From Octopus sinensis (taxonomy: Eukaryota): a stretch of DNA of 64,000 nucleotides. The notes beneath the pieces are model-generated. The model was not told the DNA's origin. It saw nothing but the letters and a program-made list of their open reading frames with translations, and searched no databases. Shown here piece after piece: positions 12,332 to 24,887 of the stretch. The stretch is from positions 6,572,001-6,636,000 of the forward strand of contig NC_043017.1 of assembly GCF_006345805.1 (NCBI RefSeq), given 5' to 3'. Within the stretch, counting starts at the first letter, position 1, and each line of letters opens with the position of its first letter. The translations under genes and the position numbers were made by a program.

Positions 12332-12788
12332 TCTCTCTATATATAAACAGCAGTTTGTCTGTCTGTGTGTCTGTCAGGTTGTACCCTCACCCTGACCACA
12401 GCTTTCAACCGATTCTGATGAAACTTGACACACACATAGCCCAATGTCATAATTCAAAACTAACACAGCGAAAATTTTGAAAAGTTCCCCCAGTTCTGAA
12501 AAAATCGATAAATTCGACATGGGGTCGAGAATCTAAGCTTTTTATATGCAACACATTTTCTGGGCTGTACGTGGGCTGTTCACGCGTTGGGAAGCGCAAT
12601 GATGTTTTCATGTTTTCGCCCAAAGGGACAGCTAGGAACATCGTATACACAGAAGTATTCGAGTGAAGAGAAGACATTGCAACCTACACATGCGCCTTCG
12701 TTCCCTAGAGGGAAAGGACTAGATTGGGATTAGTCGTTGCCTTCTAGAGGCTCTTACATACCCGGGCAATGCCGGGCTATGCTGCTAG
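12332..12788 (+). mobile_element. Non-autonomous Helitron
   Basis: A|TC start (TCTCTCTATATATAAA), (GTCT)n, subterminal hairpin CCCGGGCAATGCCGGG at 12761-12776, CTAG|T end. Confidence 0.85.
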
Positions 12789-12802
12789 TTATTAATAATT
12801 AA

Positions 12803-13521
12803 GGTGGTAAGCTGGCAGAAACGTTAGCACGACGGGCAAAATGCTTAGTGGTATTTCATCTGTCTTTACGTTCTGAGTTCAAATTCCACCAAGGTCGACT
12901 TTGCCTTTCATCCTTTCAGGGTCGATAAAATAAGTCCCAGTGAAACACTGGGATCAATGTAATTAACTAGTCCCCTCCCCCAAAATTTCAGGCCTTGTGT
13001 TTATAATAGGAAAGATTATTATTACTATTAGTTGATTAGGTAACCATTTAACCAATTTAGTAATCAAATATTTGACACTTCACCTGATCTGGCAGAGACA
13101 TTAGCACACCAAGCGAATTGCTCAGCAGTATTTCATCTGCCATTATGTTCTGAGTTCAAATTGTGCCGAGGTCGATTTTGCCTTTTATCCTTTCGGGGTT
13201 GATAAATTAAGTACCAGCTATGTACTGGGGTCGATCTAATCATCTGGCCTCCTCCCCCGAAATTTCAGGCCTTGTGCCTAGAGTAGAAAAGATTACTATA
13301 ATTTTTAAGGTGGTGTGCTGGCAGAAACGTTAGCATGCCTGGCGAAATGCTTAGCAGTATGTGTCTGCCATTACGTTCTGAGTTCAAATTCCGCCCTGGT
13401 TGACTTTGTCTTTCATCCTTTCAGGGTTGATAAATTAAGTACCGGTTGCGTACTGGAGTCAGTCTAATCGTCTGTCCTCCTCCCCCAAAATTTCAGGCCT
13501 TGTGCCAAGAGTAGAAAAGAA
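12803..13521 (+). mobile_element. Three head-to-tail SINE family M copies
   Basis: Copies at ~12803-13016, 13088-13293 and 13308-13521, separated by short ATT-rich tails. Confidence 0.85.
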
Positions 13522-14561
13522 TATATCTTTTGCCGAGGAAATGTCATGTTTAAAACTGATTCCGTTGTGGCATGTCAAGTTTAGTGAGCCAACGTGACTC
13601 TCAGAAAATACTAAGTCTAGTTTTTTTACGAGATATTTAACATCATCACTGGAATAACCATGAAAATTAATTTCACAGTCAAAAGGTTAATAAATAATAT
13701 AAAAAAAAAGAATTAAAGCTGAATGGCCTTGCTATTATTGCTTTTAAAGCCAACCATTTTACACATTATAAAGAAAACTGATGATTCACATTAGCTGTGT
13801 ATGTTGTGTGCTTTTAATTCATTTGAGAAATATATGATTAGTCCATTTTATAAATAGAGATGTCAAAGTTGGTGGTGCCATGAAATGGTGAGTCAGAGCT
13901 GAAGGTTTTTTGTTTACAGACTCCATAACCCTGATACTAGCAGGTCAAGTGACCATATAAAGGCATCCTCATTGGCTCTCTCTCTTACACAACACCCTCT
14001 CTCTCTCACCTTCTCTCTCTCACCCTCTCTCTCTCTTTTTTCTCTTCTTTCTCCTCTTCTGTAAGAAAACTGGCAAGAGGCATGATCTAATGTTCTTTTC
14101 TTCATGGCAGACAGAGTTTAGTTTTATATGATGTACCACAAAAAAAAAATTGTCTAACTGAAATTAGATGGGCGTGGCTGTGTTGTTTAAAGGGATTAAC
14201 TTTGCAACCACGGGATTTCAGGTTCAGTCTTACTGAACAGCACTTTGGGCAAATGTTCTTCCACTAACGAACTGTTCTGGCCAAAGCTTTGTGAGTGAAT
14301 CTGGTGGACAGAAACTACGTTGGAAGCTCATTCGTTATCATCATCATCATCATCATCATTATCATCTTCAATATCATCATCATCATCATCATCATCATCG
14401 AATGTCTGTTTTTCCATGCTGGCATGGATTGGATGGCTTGACAAGACCTGGCAAGCCAGAAGGCTGCACCAGGTACCAGTTGTCTGTTTTGGTTTGTTTT
14501 CTATAGCTGGAGGACCTTCCTAATGCCAACCACTGTACAGAGTGCACTGGGTGCTTTCCAT

Positions 14562-14592
<31 letters not shown>

Positions 14593-15307
14593 GTGTGTGT
14601 GTGTGTGTGTGCGTGTGTGTGTGTGTGTGTGTGTAGGTGCATATTACTGTCTCTTTGCATTGACGTTGCATGAGAGTTGCAATGCAAGCAATCATCATCT
14701 CAAGTGGTGTTCTTCATTACATTCTTCCATGAAAACATGTCTGGTCACAGGGAAATATTACTTTACATAGAATACAGTAAGGGTTGGTGAGAGGAAGAGC
14801 ATCCAGCCATAGTTAAACGTACCTCAACAGACTCCATCTCCCATTCACAGAAAAGTGGATGATAAAACAATGATCATGATGATGAACAAATATTAGTTTC
14901 AAATTTTAACAATGTTTACATCTCCTGTACAACTGCTCCAGCTTGGCCACAGCCTAATGACTATAAAAATGCATTCATCACAGAGCCTCAACCAGACATG
15001 TTTACACTCAGTAGCTGTTTTGCAGTGCATGCATGTAAGCACTCACGCACATGCACGCTTGTGTGTATTACTCACACATATGTACACACGCATACGCAGA
15101 TAGACAATCATAAACATGCAGCCACACAAACGTGTATGATTATACACGCATGCATTTAGATATACGTGCAGTGACATGCAAATATACAAATATGCCCGGA
15201 CATGCAAACATATACATATGCATGTACCCGCATGTACAGACTCGCTTGTAAATACACACACACTGACAGGAGCAAACATGCAAGTGCACACATGCACACA
15301 CATTCAA

Positions 15308-15343
<36 letters not shown>

Positions 15344-16338
15344 ACACACGTAAATGCATGTATAGAATCACAAGCACGCAAACGTGCACTTATGTAGACA
15401 CACTTGCAAACATGCATGCATGCAAAGACACGTGCTCACATGTAAACACATGCATACACACAAACAGACGTGCACGTGCATACACACAGACGTGCACATG
15501 CAAGCACACACACACACACACATATGTGCACACACGTACACACACAAACACACACACACGCATGAATACATACACGCACACACACACACACGAGACTACT
15601 TGACATTACATGTTACTTCTCTTTTATCGGCCTCATTACTGTACGTTAACAGAAGTGCACAAGTGAAGTAGATAGATAGATAGACAGATAGAGAGAGAGA
15701 CAGATAGACAGAGAGAGGATAGGAGGGAGGGTGAATGAGGTCTGGTGAGAGTGGAAAAACATGAACTTGTCTCACGCTACATTTCTTCTGTCTATAGCTT
15801 AGTCCTGCTGAAACTGTTCTGGTTCAGCACTATCGTCATTATCATCATCATCATCATCATCATTATCATCATCATCATCACCCTCATCATCATCATCGTA
15901 GTCATCATGATCATCATCATTACTATCATCACCCTCATCATCATCACCACCACCAGCATCATCATCTTTGTAAGAAATGCAGAGATGATAATATTTCCTT
16001 GTTAAGAAGGACTATTGAAATTACACAGTGGAATTTCTAGGGATAATCCAATATGTACAGCACAGATTGCCTGAGGTTATCTCTTTCTTTCTGCTTGTTG
16101 GATTTTTTAGATGGTATGTGTGTGTGTATGTATGCATGCAACTTTACATGTGTATGTGTATGTTTGTATGTATACATGTATGTATGCATATATGTGCATA
16201 TATATATATATATATTTATACACACACATACATATGTGTGTATGTGTATATATTTATACTCACACATATATGTATATATGTGTGTATGCATATATATGTA
16301 TAATTATATGTGTATATATGTGTGTGTGTGTGTATATA

Positions 16339-16383
<45 letters not shown>

Positions 16384-16557
16384 GTATTGGTGTAGGTGTG
16401 GCTATGTGGTAAGAAGCTTGCTTCCCAACCACATGGTGCTGGGTTCAGTCCCCCTTCCAAACACACATACACACGCGCACATCCATTTTGGGATTACCAC
16501 TACTTTATTACCTCCCCTTCTTCCTAGCTCTCCTGTGTGATCCCTCTGTCCGGCATT

Positions 16558-16732
16558 CGCCATAATAGATCAGTAGCCATGAAACCGCTTTTTATTTTCT
16601 CTCCCTGTTTATTTCTGTGTTCCTTTCTGCCGAAGAGCGTAGGCTCGAAACATTAAAGACTTTCTCACTTCCCGTTCTGTTTATTTTTTACGCATCTGTC
16701 TTCGTCTTTTGTCTTTTTGCAAATTGTCACTA
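16558..16732 (+). mobile_element. Short HHR-bearing repeat (family B, CTGCCGA core)
   Basis: CTTT-CTGCCGA-A-GAGC-gtag-GCTC-GAAA-CA-TT-AAAG at 16623-16658, followed by the family tail CTGTCTTCGTCTTTTG. Confidence 0.65.
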
Positions 16733-17314
16733 TATTTATATAGATGAGAGTTAAGTTAGAGGTTATAACAACCGTCTAAAGGATCAATGTATTAACTGGT
16801 GTCTTACTTATACGAGATTATGAATTAACTGGTAAATACATGCATGGATATATGTATGTAGATTTACAAGTACCCATATGTGTGTGAAGAGGTGCAGCAT
16901 GATAAACATGCATTTGCACAGATATACACATTTTTCTAGGTTGTGTCTTGTTCCGTTGGACCATCCCTCTTTTATGTTATCTGCAAAACTATGTAACCCA
17001 CTTTACTTTATCTATTTAGTTATTTAGATCTTAATTCACATAACAATATTTCTTAAAATAAAAACATAACTCATCTTATCAAAGGATTTTCGTTTAAAAA
17101 AAATTTAAAATGCAATACGTCAAACTTATTACGTTTAAAATTTTTAATTAACGAAAATCCTTTAATAAGTTAAGTTTTTATTTTTAAAAATATTGTTAAA
17201 TGTTTTTGATTATTTATAGTTAATACACATATTTTTATATATTTATTTGATAATTAGTATAATTTAAGGTAAGTACATTTATTCTATTATTATTTTATTA
17301 TTATTTATTATTTT

Positions 17315-17434
17315 AGACCTGATGAGTGACTATATTTTTAAATAGAATTGACTTTAGATCGATTTAATTTTAAATCGAATTGATTTTATTATTATTATCT
17401 ATTTGAAAATATAGCCACGAAATGCGCATTGACT
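17315..17434 (+). ncRNA. Hammerhead ribozyme motif with extended stem II
   Basis: CTGATGA at 17319-17325. Stem II of ~20 bp, GTGACTATATTTTTAAATAG / CTATTTGAAAATATAGCCAC. GAAA at 17419-17422, palindromic stem III ATGCGCAT. Stem I AGAC/GACT has one mismatch. Confidence 0.7.
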
Positions 17435-17841
17435 TTTTACTACTATTTACTTTTTATTGTACTTTATTGATTTTTAGAATAAGATTTTTATAGTATATGT
17501 TTTCTATATGGTGTGAATAACAACTTTCAATAGTGAATTGTTTAATAGAGGTTTTTCTCTAAATTATATATATATATATATACGTATATATATATGTGTG
17601 TGTGTGTGTTTTTGCCCCCTCACCATTGCTTGTCAACTGATGTGGGTGTGTTTGCATCCCCATAACTTAGCAGTTCAGCAAAAGAGACTGATAGAATAAG
17701 TCCTGGGGTCAATTTGTTCGAGTAGAGGTGGAGCTCCAGCATGGTCACAGTCAAATGACTGAAAGAAATAAAAGAAAAGAAAAAGGACGACTAAGATAGG
17801 TACCTACACATGCATAGATACGGATATATTTTTCAATATGT

Positions 17842-18042
17842 GACCGCGTGTGTATTGTTGGCGATTTTCTTTCTCTGTCCTCCCTTCCTTGGACTTTTCC
17901 TTTTTTTCTATATTTCTGACAAAGAGCTCTGCTCGAAACGTTAAATCCTCCTTTCTTTCCTTTCCTGAGCGTCCAATAACGCTATACTTGTTCCACGTCC
18001 TCGCGTTGTCGTGTTTTCTCTTTGTTTATGTTTGGATAACTA
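17842..18042 (+). mobile_element. Short HHR-bearing repeat (family B')
   Basis: ATTT-CTGACAA-A-GAGC-tct-GCTC-GAAA-CG-TT-AAAT at 17912-17946; G8 to A change consistent with CpG decay. Confidence 0.65.
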
Positions 18043-18698
18043 TGGACATAGCCAACCCATCAATAAATATTACATAACTTAATATATACTTTCATAGTGG
18101 AACTTTCTTAACTGCTTGAGAAATACATACATAAGCTTAAGATATTACTTGTAAAATCAATAATTGCCTCCCCTTACAACAAATATTCATTGTTTACCTA
18201 TTTCCACTCCATCGATTAACGATTTTTAATGACCATCCTTTTGTTTTTGAAATTAACAGACGAATAGTATCCCCTTAGAGTCCAGTCCATTCCTACTCCA
18301 GATCGGGGGTTGTTGCAGGTATGTCCCCCACATACAATACAAAGTAAAATACATAGGAAACCATTGATAAATAAATAAATTATAGTTAATATTATTATTA
18401 TTTTAGTTCTGTAACTATCAGTATTTTCTATTTTGTTTCTTACTTTTTATTTCTATTTTATCACCCAACCAGAAATACTCCTATAGTTATTATATAATTT
18501 AACCCACCCCAGCAGTAGCCCCCCCCCCCCGCCTCCATATATAGGAATGTACCACTAAATATTACAACTATTCTAATTATGTTACTAAATTCTCTTTTAG
18601 TCGGTCAGAAGGTTTCCAGGGGGACAGCATGTAACTTGAATTAATACATCCTTACTTTCTCTCTTTATCTTTCTTTTTCTTTTTCTTTTCTTTTTCCG

Positions 18699-18915
18699 CT
18701 CTGATGAAGTTCCACTATTTAAGATGGTATAATTGATTATTTACAATGACAAGTATTATCATTATTATTATTACTATTATTATTATTATTTATTATTATT
18801 TATTATTATTATTATTATTATTGTTATTATTGTTAATATTATTGTTGTTGTTGTTGTTGTTGTAGTAATTAAGCCTGACAATACTTTGAATAATGCCAAC
18901 AGAAACAGCTGTCAG
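18699..18915 (+). ncRNA. Hammerhead-like motif split by a ~190-nt stem II/loop containing (TAT)n/(TGT)n
   Basis: CTGATGA at 18701-18707 and GAAACAGCTGTC at 18902-18913 (same stem III as the 23119 copy). Stem II closes GTT/AAC with a degenerate extension; stem I CT/AG. Confidence 0.5.
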
Positions 18916-19445
18916 ATGAGATATTGTCTTTTTATAATCAATTAATGATAGTTGATGATTATCAATTATCAATTTTATCTTCATTTTCTTTTTTTCCTTA
19001 TCATCATCATATATATATATATATGTATATATATATAGGTATATATATATGTGTGTGTATATGGAGTGGATGTGTAGCATCTTGCACAAGTGTCTTCTAC
19101 TATAGCCTTAGTTACTATGTATGTATGTATGTATATATATATATATGTTACTGCCGTGTGTGTATGTATGCGTATAGCTGCTCAGTACCTCTCCAAAAGA
19201 GAGAGAGGGATATATATATATATATACATATATATATATGTTGTCCCCCCACATCGCTTGACAACCAATGCTGGTGTGTTTACATCCCTGTAACTTAGCA
19301 GTTCAGCAAAAGGGCTCGATAGAATAAGTACTAGGCTTACAAACAATAAGTCCTGGGGCCAGTTTCTTCAACTAAAATGCGGTGCTCCAGCATGGCCGCA
19401 GTCAAATGACTGAAACAAGTAAAAGAGTAAAAGAGAGAGTAAAGA

Positions 19446-19478
<33 letters not shown>

Positions 19479-19480
<2 letters not shown>

Positions 19481-19711
19481 GGAGTAAACACATAAATGTG
19501 AAACAAGGTGGAAAAAAAGAGTACTCAAATACCAGTGGTAGAGTAATATGCTTTATTTAAAGCAGCAGAAAATTCAACAAAACCTGTTACTCTGAGTTTC
19601 ATGTTTTCGTTCGTCGGACAGTTTTTCTAGCAAAAACTGTCCGACGAACGAAAACGTGAAACTCAGAGTAACAGGTTTTGTTGAATTTTCTGCTGCTTTA
19701 AATAAAGTATA
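19479..19711. mobile_element. Palindromic non-autonomous element with two inverted HHR-like motifs, in (TA)n
   Basis: Near-perfect inverted repeat 19547-19711 centred at 19629. The right arm reads CTGT-CCGACGA-ACG-aaaa-CGT-GAAA-CTCAGAG-TA-ACAG (19637-19674 +) and is mirrored on the minus strand at 19584-19621 with one stem II substitution. Confidence 0.75.
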
Positions 19712-21595
19712 TATATATATAATATATATATATATAGCCAAATTGATGGAAAGGTGTAGGTACAATCCAAGTTACATGTTTCCTTGCTAGCAGAACCTCA
19801 GAAGTAGTAATTACTCAATGTGGGGTATTCCACTAGCAATTTATCAGTCCAGTGACACCCACCATTTGGATTTTTATTCACACACATAGCAACCCCAGTT
19901 ACTAACCATGAATTATGAAATAATGGTCTTCAGCTTATCGAACTTGAACATGAGAAAAATGTACTTCCTATGCCGATAAACTACTGCTGTTGCAGGAAAT
20001 AGTTTTTTTATACTGCTTGAAGCTTACTAATTTCCTACACTTTGATCCTTGGATCTTACATTTACATATTATATATATATATATATATATATTTATATAG
20101 AGATAGACAGACAGACAGACAGACAGATCAGATAGATAGATAGATTTGTGTGTGCGTATATATATATACTTTAATAACAGATACTTGTCAACTAAATGTG
20201 GCATTGCTCCCATATATATATTTATAAATTTATGTATATGGGTGTGTAAATATGTTGTATATATCTGGGTCTCTTTGTCATGACATGATATGATAGTTGT
20301 AAACAAGTGCCATTGTCATACAAGCAGTGTTTTTCATTTCCAATATTCTCCAAAAACTTGTGTGATCATTGGGAAAAATGTTACCTTTGTATGGAAACAA
20401 GTGAGGGTTGGTGACAGGGAAGGCATCTAGCTGTAAAAAGTCTGTCTCAATAAACTCCCAACAGACCCATGTCAGCATGGAAAAGTAAACATTAAAATGA
20501 TGATAATAGTGGTGGTGGTGATGGTAGTGGTGGTGGTGAGTGTGTGTGTCCTTGTTTTGGCATTGCATGGACAATGGTAAATGAGTGCTACCGTCGTGCA
20601 AGCCATTTCCAGCATTCTGTGAATACATGTCTGGCTATGGGGGAAATATCGCCTTGCCTCGAAACAGCTGAAGGTTGGTGGCAGTTAGAGCATCCAGCTG
20701 TAGATATATACTCCATCTGATCAATGCAACCATAGAAAAGTGAATGTCAAAATGATGATGATGATGATGATGATGATGTGTGTGTGTGTGTTTGTATTTT
20801 CCCTTTTTTTGACATACGTGCCCACAGACTGCAAACAATACTTACTTTTCATACGAACAGCCCCATTTGTTTACATCCCTCCTTGAAATTGTGTCCAACC
20901 TGTTTGGCATGTCTTGACATGTACGTTGTAACAAAAATTTTTTTTTAAAATCCATCAGCATTCATGTTTGCAGTTCTCTATGGAAACATGTCCAGACTGT
21001 TTGTTGCTCAGCAGACTTGTAAATCGTTACTTTTACCTGAAAACAAGTGAGGTGTCCCGTCACGAAATGCAACCAACTATAGGTGGCTCTACCTTGATGT
21101 CAACTCATCTGACTCATGCAGGCATTGGAAAGCAGATGTTAAGATGATGATGATGTTGATAATTTTGTTGATTCGCATATTTTCATTCTATTCCAGGTAT
21201 TGAGTTCTACATCAGATAATGTTTGAACCATGTATGGATTGTATGTATCTTACAATTCTTACATCATGAGATATATACATATGCCAGGTAAAAAGCATCC
21301 AGTCCACTTTGTGATGTGGTTAGCATTTGGAAGGGCATCCAGCTGTAAAAACCTCATCAAAACTGACCTTGCCTGTGCTTGTGCCATGTAAAAAGGACTC
21401 GGTCAACTCTACAGGGTGGTTGGTGTTAGGAAGGGCATCCAGCTGTAAAAACACTGCCAAAACAAACACAGTAGCCTGATATGTAGTCTTCTACCTGGTC
21501 GGCTCCTGTAAAAACTGTCCAACCCATGCCAGCATGGAAGACAGACATTAAATAATGATGATGATGATTGATATATATATATACATATATATATA

Positions 21596-21664
21596 CCGGA
21601 GTAAGCACATAATCGTGAAACAAGGTGGAAAAAAGAGTACTCAAATACTTGAGGTAGAGTAATG
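21596..21664. mobile_element. Partial third copy (leader only) of the palindromic element
   Basis: CCGGAGTAAGCACATAATCGTGAAACAAGGTGG...GGTAGAGTAAT matches 19479 onward; lies between (TA)n tracts. Confidence 0.7.
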
Positions 21665-21686
21665 AAGTATATATATATATCTCTCA

Positions 21687-21757
<71 letters not shown>

Positions 21758-21780
21758 TACATATGCATACACACATATAC

Positions 21781-21831
<51 letters not shown>

Positions 21832-21929
21832 CAAAAAATGGTACCGTGTTGTGCCACTATTTCCTATTTATATATGTACATACACACGCATACACACATA
21901 CACAAACATTATCAGTTTCTTGTTTAGTT

Positions 21930-22084
21930 GCCAAATCTGCTGTCGGGATAGTGTCTGGAGAAAGTTCCTCAAATGATGCCAAGAGTTAAAGGACACCTAA
22001 ATGTTACAGACCAGTCAAGACGACACTCGGCATCACTCAGGGAGCTTTACTCAGACCCCCACCCCCGCCCACTGCAAATTCGAC
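21930..22084. repeat. Diverged inverted repeat (hairpin MITE-like)
   Basis: GTCTGGAGAAAGTTCCTCAAATGATGCCAAG aligns with the reverse complement of CTCGGCATCACTCAGGGAGCTTTACTCAGAC; the arms extend outward. Confidence 0.6.
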
Positions 22085-22189
22085 CTATTATCAAAACCCA
22101 TACACTATGACTCTCCGACCTATAACACTTGCGTTATTAAAGCTGCCTTAATTAGTAAATTGTAATTTAATACATGATGATGGTATATA

Positions 22190-22403
22190 CAGGGTGGCCC
22201 CAAAGTAGGTTTACAGTTATGATGTAGGCACTTTGAATTGCTTTTAAAACATTTTTATCACATTTAAATTTCTATCTTACAATTAACTAAATTAGCATAG
22301 AATAATGGTTTCATATTTTTTTTATAATTAAGACCTAAACTGTTAATATATGAATGTGAAAGTGAAAGTTAAACAACTGTAAACCTACTTTTGGGTCACC
22401 CTG
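22190..22403. mobile_element. Tc1/mariner-type MITE
   Basis: TA|CAGGGTGGCCCCAAAGTAGGTTTACAGTT ... AACTGTAAACCTACTTTTGGGTCACCCTG|TA. Confidence 0.9.
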
Positions 22404-22407
22404 TATG

Positions 22408-22457
<50 letters not shown>

Positions 22458-22460
<3 letters not shown>

Positions 22461-22644
22461 AGAGTTTGCGAAAAAAACAAAAGACGAAGACAGGTGGTGT
22501 ACAAAACAAACAGATGTATTAGTATAATGCTCAGGAATAGAAAAAGTCTTTTATGTTTCGAGCCTACGCTCTTCTATGGAAAGGGACACAGAAAAAAAAA
22601 CAAGGAGAGAAAAAAATGTGTGTAGTGGCTAACGATCTATCATG
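22458..22644 (-). mobile_element. Short HHR-bearing repeat (family B), core decayed
   Basis: GGGAGAGTTTGCG...GACGAAGACAGGTGG...TTTCGAGCCTACGCTCTTC...; (TA)n on both sides. Confidence 0.7.
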
Positions 22645-22688
22645 ATATATATATATATATATATATATATATCATCATCATCATCATC

Positions 22689-22722
<34 letters not shown>

Positions 22723-22744
22723 GTTTATATATATATTGCATGAA

Positions 22745-23066
22745 GGCACATGGCTTAGTTGTTAGGGTATTTGGCTCATGATCACAAGGTCATGAGTTCA
22801 ATTCCCGGCAATGTGTTGTGTCCTTGAGCAAGACACTTTATTTCATGTTGTTCTAGTTCCAATTAGCTGGCAAAAATTATTAGTACCTGTGTTTCAAAAA
22901 AGGGCCAGCATTGTCACATTCTGTGTCAGCCAGAATCTCCCTCAGAACTGCATTTAGGGTTTACGTGTCTGTAGAATGCTCAGCCACTTGCACGTTAATT
23001 TCATGAGCAGGCTGTTCCGTTGATCGTATCTGCTGGGACCCTCATCGTCATAATTGACGGAGTGTT
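22745..23066 (+). mobile_element. tRNA-derived SINE family C (CORE-like segment)
   Basis: A box TGGCTTAGTTG, B box GAGTTCAATTCC, then TGTGTCCTTGAGCAAGACACTTTA. Related head at 2571-2720; 3' part at 30437-30622. Confidence 0.75.
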
Positions 23067-23118
23067 CCTATATATATCTTCTCTATAATAACTATTGCTT
23101 AACCATTTTCTTGCACCA

Positions 23119-23164
23119 TCTCTGATGAAGGGTTATATAAAATATCCCGGAAACAGCTGTAAGA
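23119..23164 (+). ncRNA. Minimal type I hammerhead ribozyme (Penelope-like element type)
   Basis: TCT-CTGATGA-a-GGGttatataaaatatCCC-g-GAAA-CAGCTG-TA-AGA. Stem I TCT/AGA, stem II GGG/CCC plus TAT/ATA, palindromic stem III ACAGCTGT, GUA triplet. Confidence 0.75.
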
Positions 23165-23444
23165 CCTTCATTTTATAAATGTTCTGAAATCTTTCATAGC
23201 CTTGGAATTTTTATCTCATTCTATTAATCTTATATATATATGTATATATATATATTAATAATATAAGGGTAAATAATTTTAAATTTAAAATCCGTCTGTT
23301 TTACATATGTAAGTTACATGTATATGTTATATGTGGAGTTATATTTCTAGAAAATAGAAATAAGCGGCCTTTGACTACTATTTCTAATTTTTCAGTATGT
23401 AGCTAAGCAACCTGTTGCTTGCCCATTTTATTGATATATATATC

Positions 23445-23652
23445 GCCATGTTGAATCGCTAGCTTCTGCACGCATTTTTTTCTCTCCTTGTTTCTCTCCG
23501 TGTTTCTTTTCTGTGTATCTTTCTGTTGAAGAGCGTAGGCTCGAAACGTAACAGACTTGTTTTTTTTCTATTCCTGAGCGCCATACTAATACAATTGTTT
23601 GTTTGTACTCCACCTGCCTTCGTCTTTTGTTTATTTTCATAAAGCTTCCCGT
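23445..23652 (+). mobile_element. Short HHR-bearing repeat (family B, CTGTTGA core)
   Basis: CTGTTGA-A-GAGC-gtag-GCTC-GAAA-CG-TA at 23523-23550; (TA)n on both sides. Confidence 0.7.
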
Positions 23653-23720
<68 letters not shown>

Positions 23721-23874
23721 GTATTGACTACACCTCAGAAGCAACACACTTGGCTTTATTCTCCAGTCAGTGGCATAGATCACTTGTTACATATAGCAGT
23801 CAGCAATTAAGCTAGCACATTAGTGGATAGCCTAATTTGCATGATTGGGCTTTTGACACCTCATCTTTATTTTC

Positions 23875-24094
23875 CTTTTAAATGGCAGGAAACGGTTGCA
23901 TAAATGTGTGTGCCGAATGAGCGAAAAACAAAAACTATCTCTTTTTTCTTGTAAGTAATTTTTATGCTTAGATAAGTTCAAAAGCTATAATAATTGTTCA
24001 TCTCGCACACAATAAAACTTGCAATCTGATCATTGAAAAGTGTCATAAAATATTTACTTTCCTTTGATGATGGCTGTATCCATTAAAGGGTTAA
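23875..24094. mobile_element. piggyBac-like MITE (homologue at 59789-60006)
   Basis: Ends AAAGGG|TTAA. Shares AATGG..GGAAAC.GTTGCAT and AAATATTTACTTT..GATGA..GCTGTAT with the second copy, which begins TTAA|CCC. Confidence 0.55.
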
Positions 24095-24633
24095 ATGGTG
24101 TATTTAAGAGCGTCGTAAATCAGAGGAACTGAATTATATTGAGTCACTACAAAGCCTTACTGTGAGTGAAATAACAATGTAAGTATGTTCTTTTTATATC
24201 ATTGGTGTGCAGGAAAAAAAAGAGGGAGTGAGTCTCCTGACAAACTGTTTTATAGTTTGTTCACTACTCTTCAGATCTTATGAGGGAAGGCCTCTTTATA
24301 AGCAATTGACTTGCTAGACATAGCAGCTACATTTCCTTCAAATCAAACCTTATTTTTATGGATGAAGGTAAGGAGAATCAACTGCAACTTTCGAAATGAC
24401 TGTGAAGTTCAGTCTTTAAGCTTTAGTCTTAGCTGCAGATATGTTGTAGTTGTTGTTGTTGTTATCAAGATGGCAAGCTGGCAGAATCATTAGCTGAACC
24501 TTACATTTTGAGTTCAAATTCCATCAATGTCAATTTTGCTTTTCATCAACTCAATGTCAATGAATCACATGACTAGTCAAACAAACTGGGGTCAATGCAA
24601 TCGACTAGTCCCCTCCCACAAATCTTCAGGCTT

Positions 24634-24887
24634 CATTCAACATCCTTAAACAATCCTTATTCAGGGACCTTTTGAGCAGGATGGCTACTCGACCAGAAGA
24701 AAATTCTAACTGGGCCCCACCTGCAAGGTCATGTGCTGTTTATCTTGATATGAGATCACCATGTCGTGCACATATGGTTGTGATGCATGTGCCTGGTGTA
24801 CCCTTATCAGATGGGTAGTCATGATGGGTATACTGGGGTTCATATATTTTACCCCAGTGTCACTTTGATGGCATGCACTACTCTCAC
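24634..24887 (+). mobile_element. Unclassified structured repeat ending in (TAA)n
   Basis: Truncates a SINE M copy at its 5' side, has a 3' multibranch fold, and is followed by (TAA)n. Confidence 0.45.

Noticed and set aside
19890-19940. Minus-strand CTGAAGA followed by a CCAT/ATGG hairpin
   Set aside because: No GAAA box after the stem.
22745-22815. tRNA gene
   Set aside because: A/B boxes continue into a SINE body; no complete cloverleaf or terminator.
24236-24277. Minus-strand CTGAAGA-GTAGT/ACTAT-AAAA-CAGTTTG-TC hammerhead-like motif
   Set aside because: GAAA is mutated and stem I does not pair; possibly an old copy, but not supportable.
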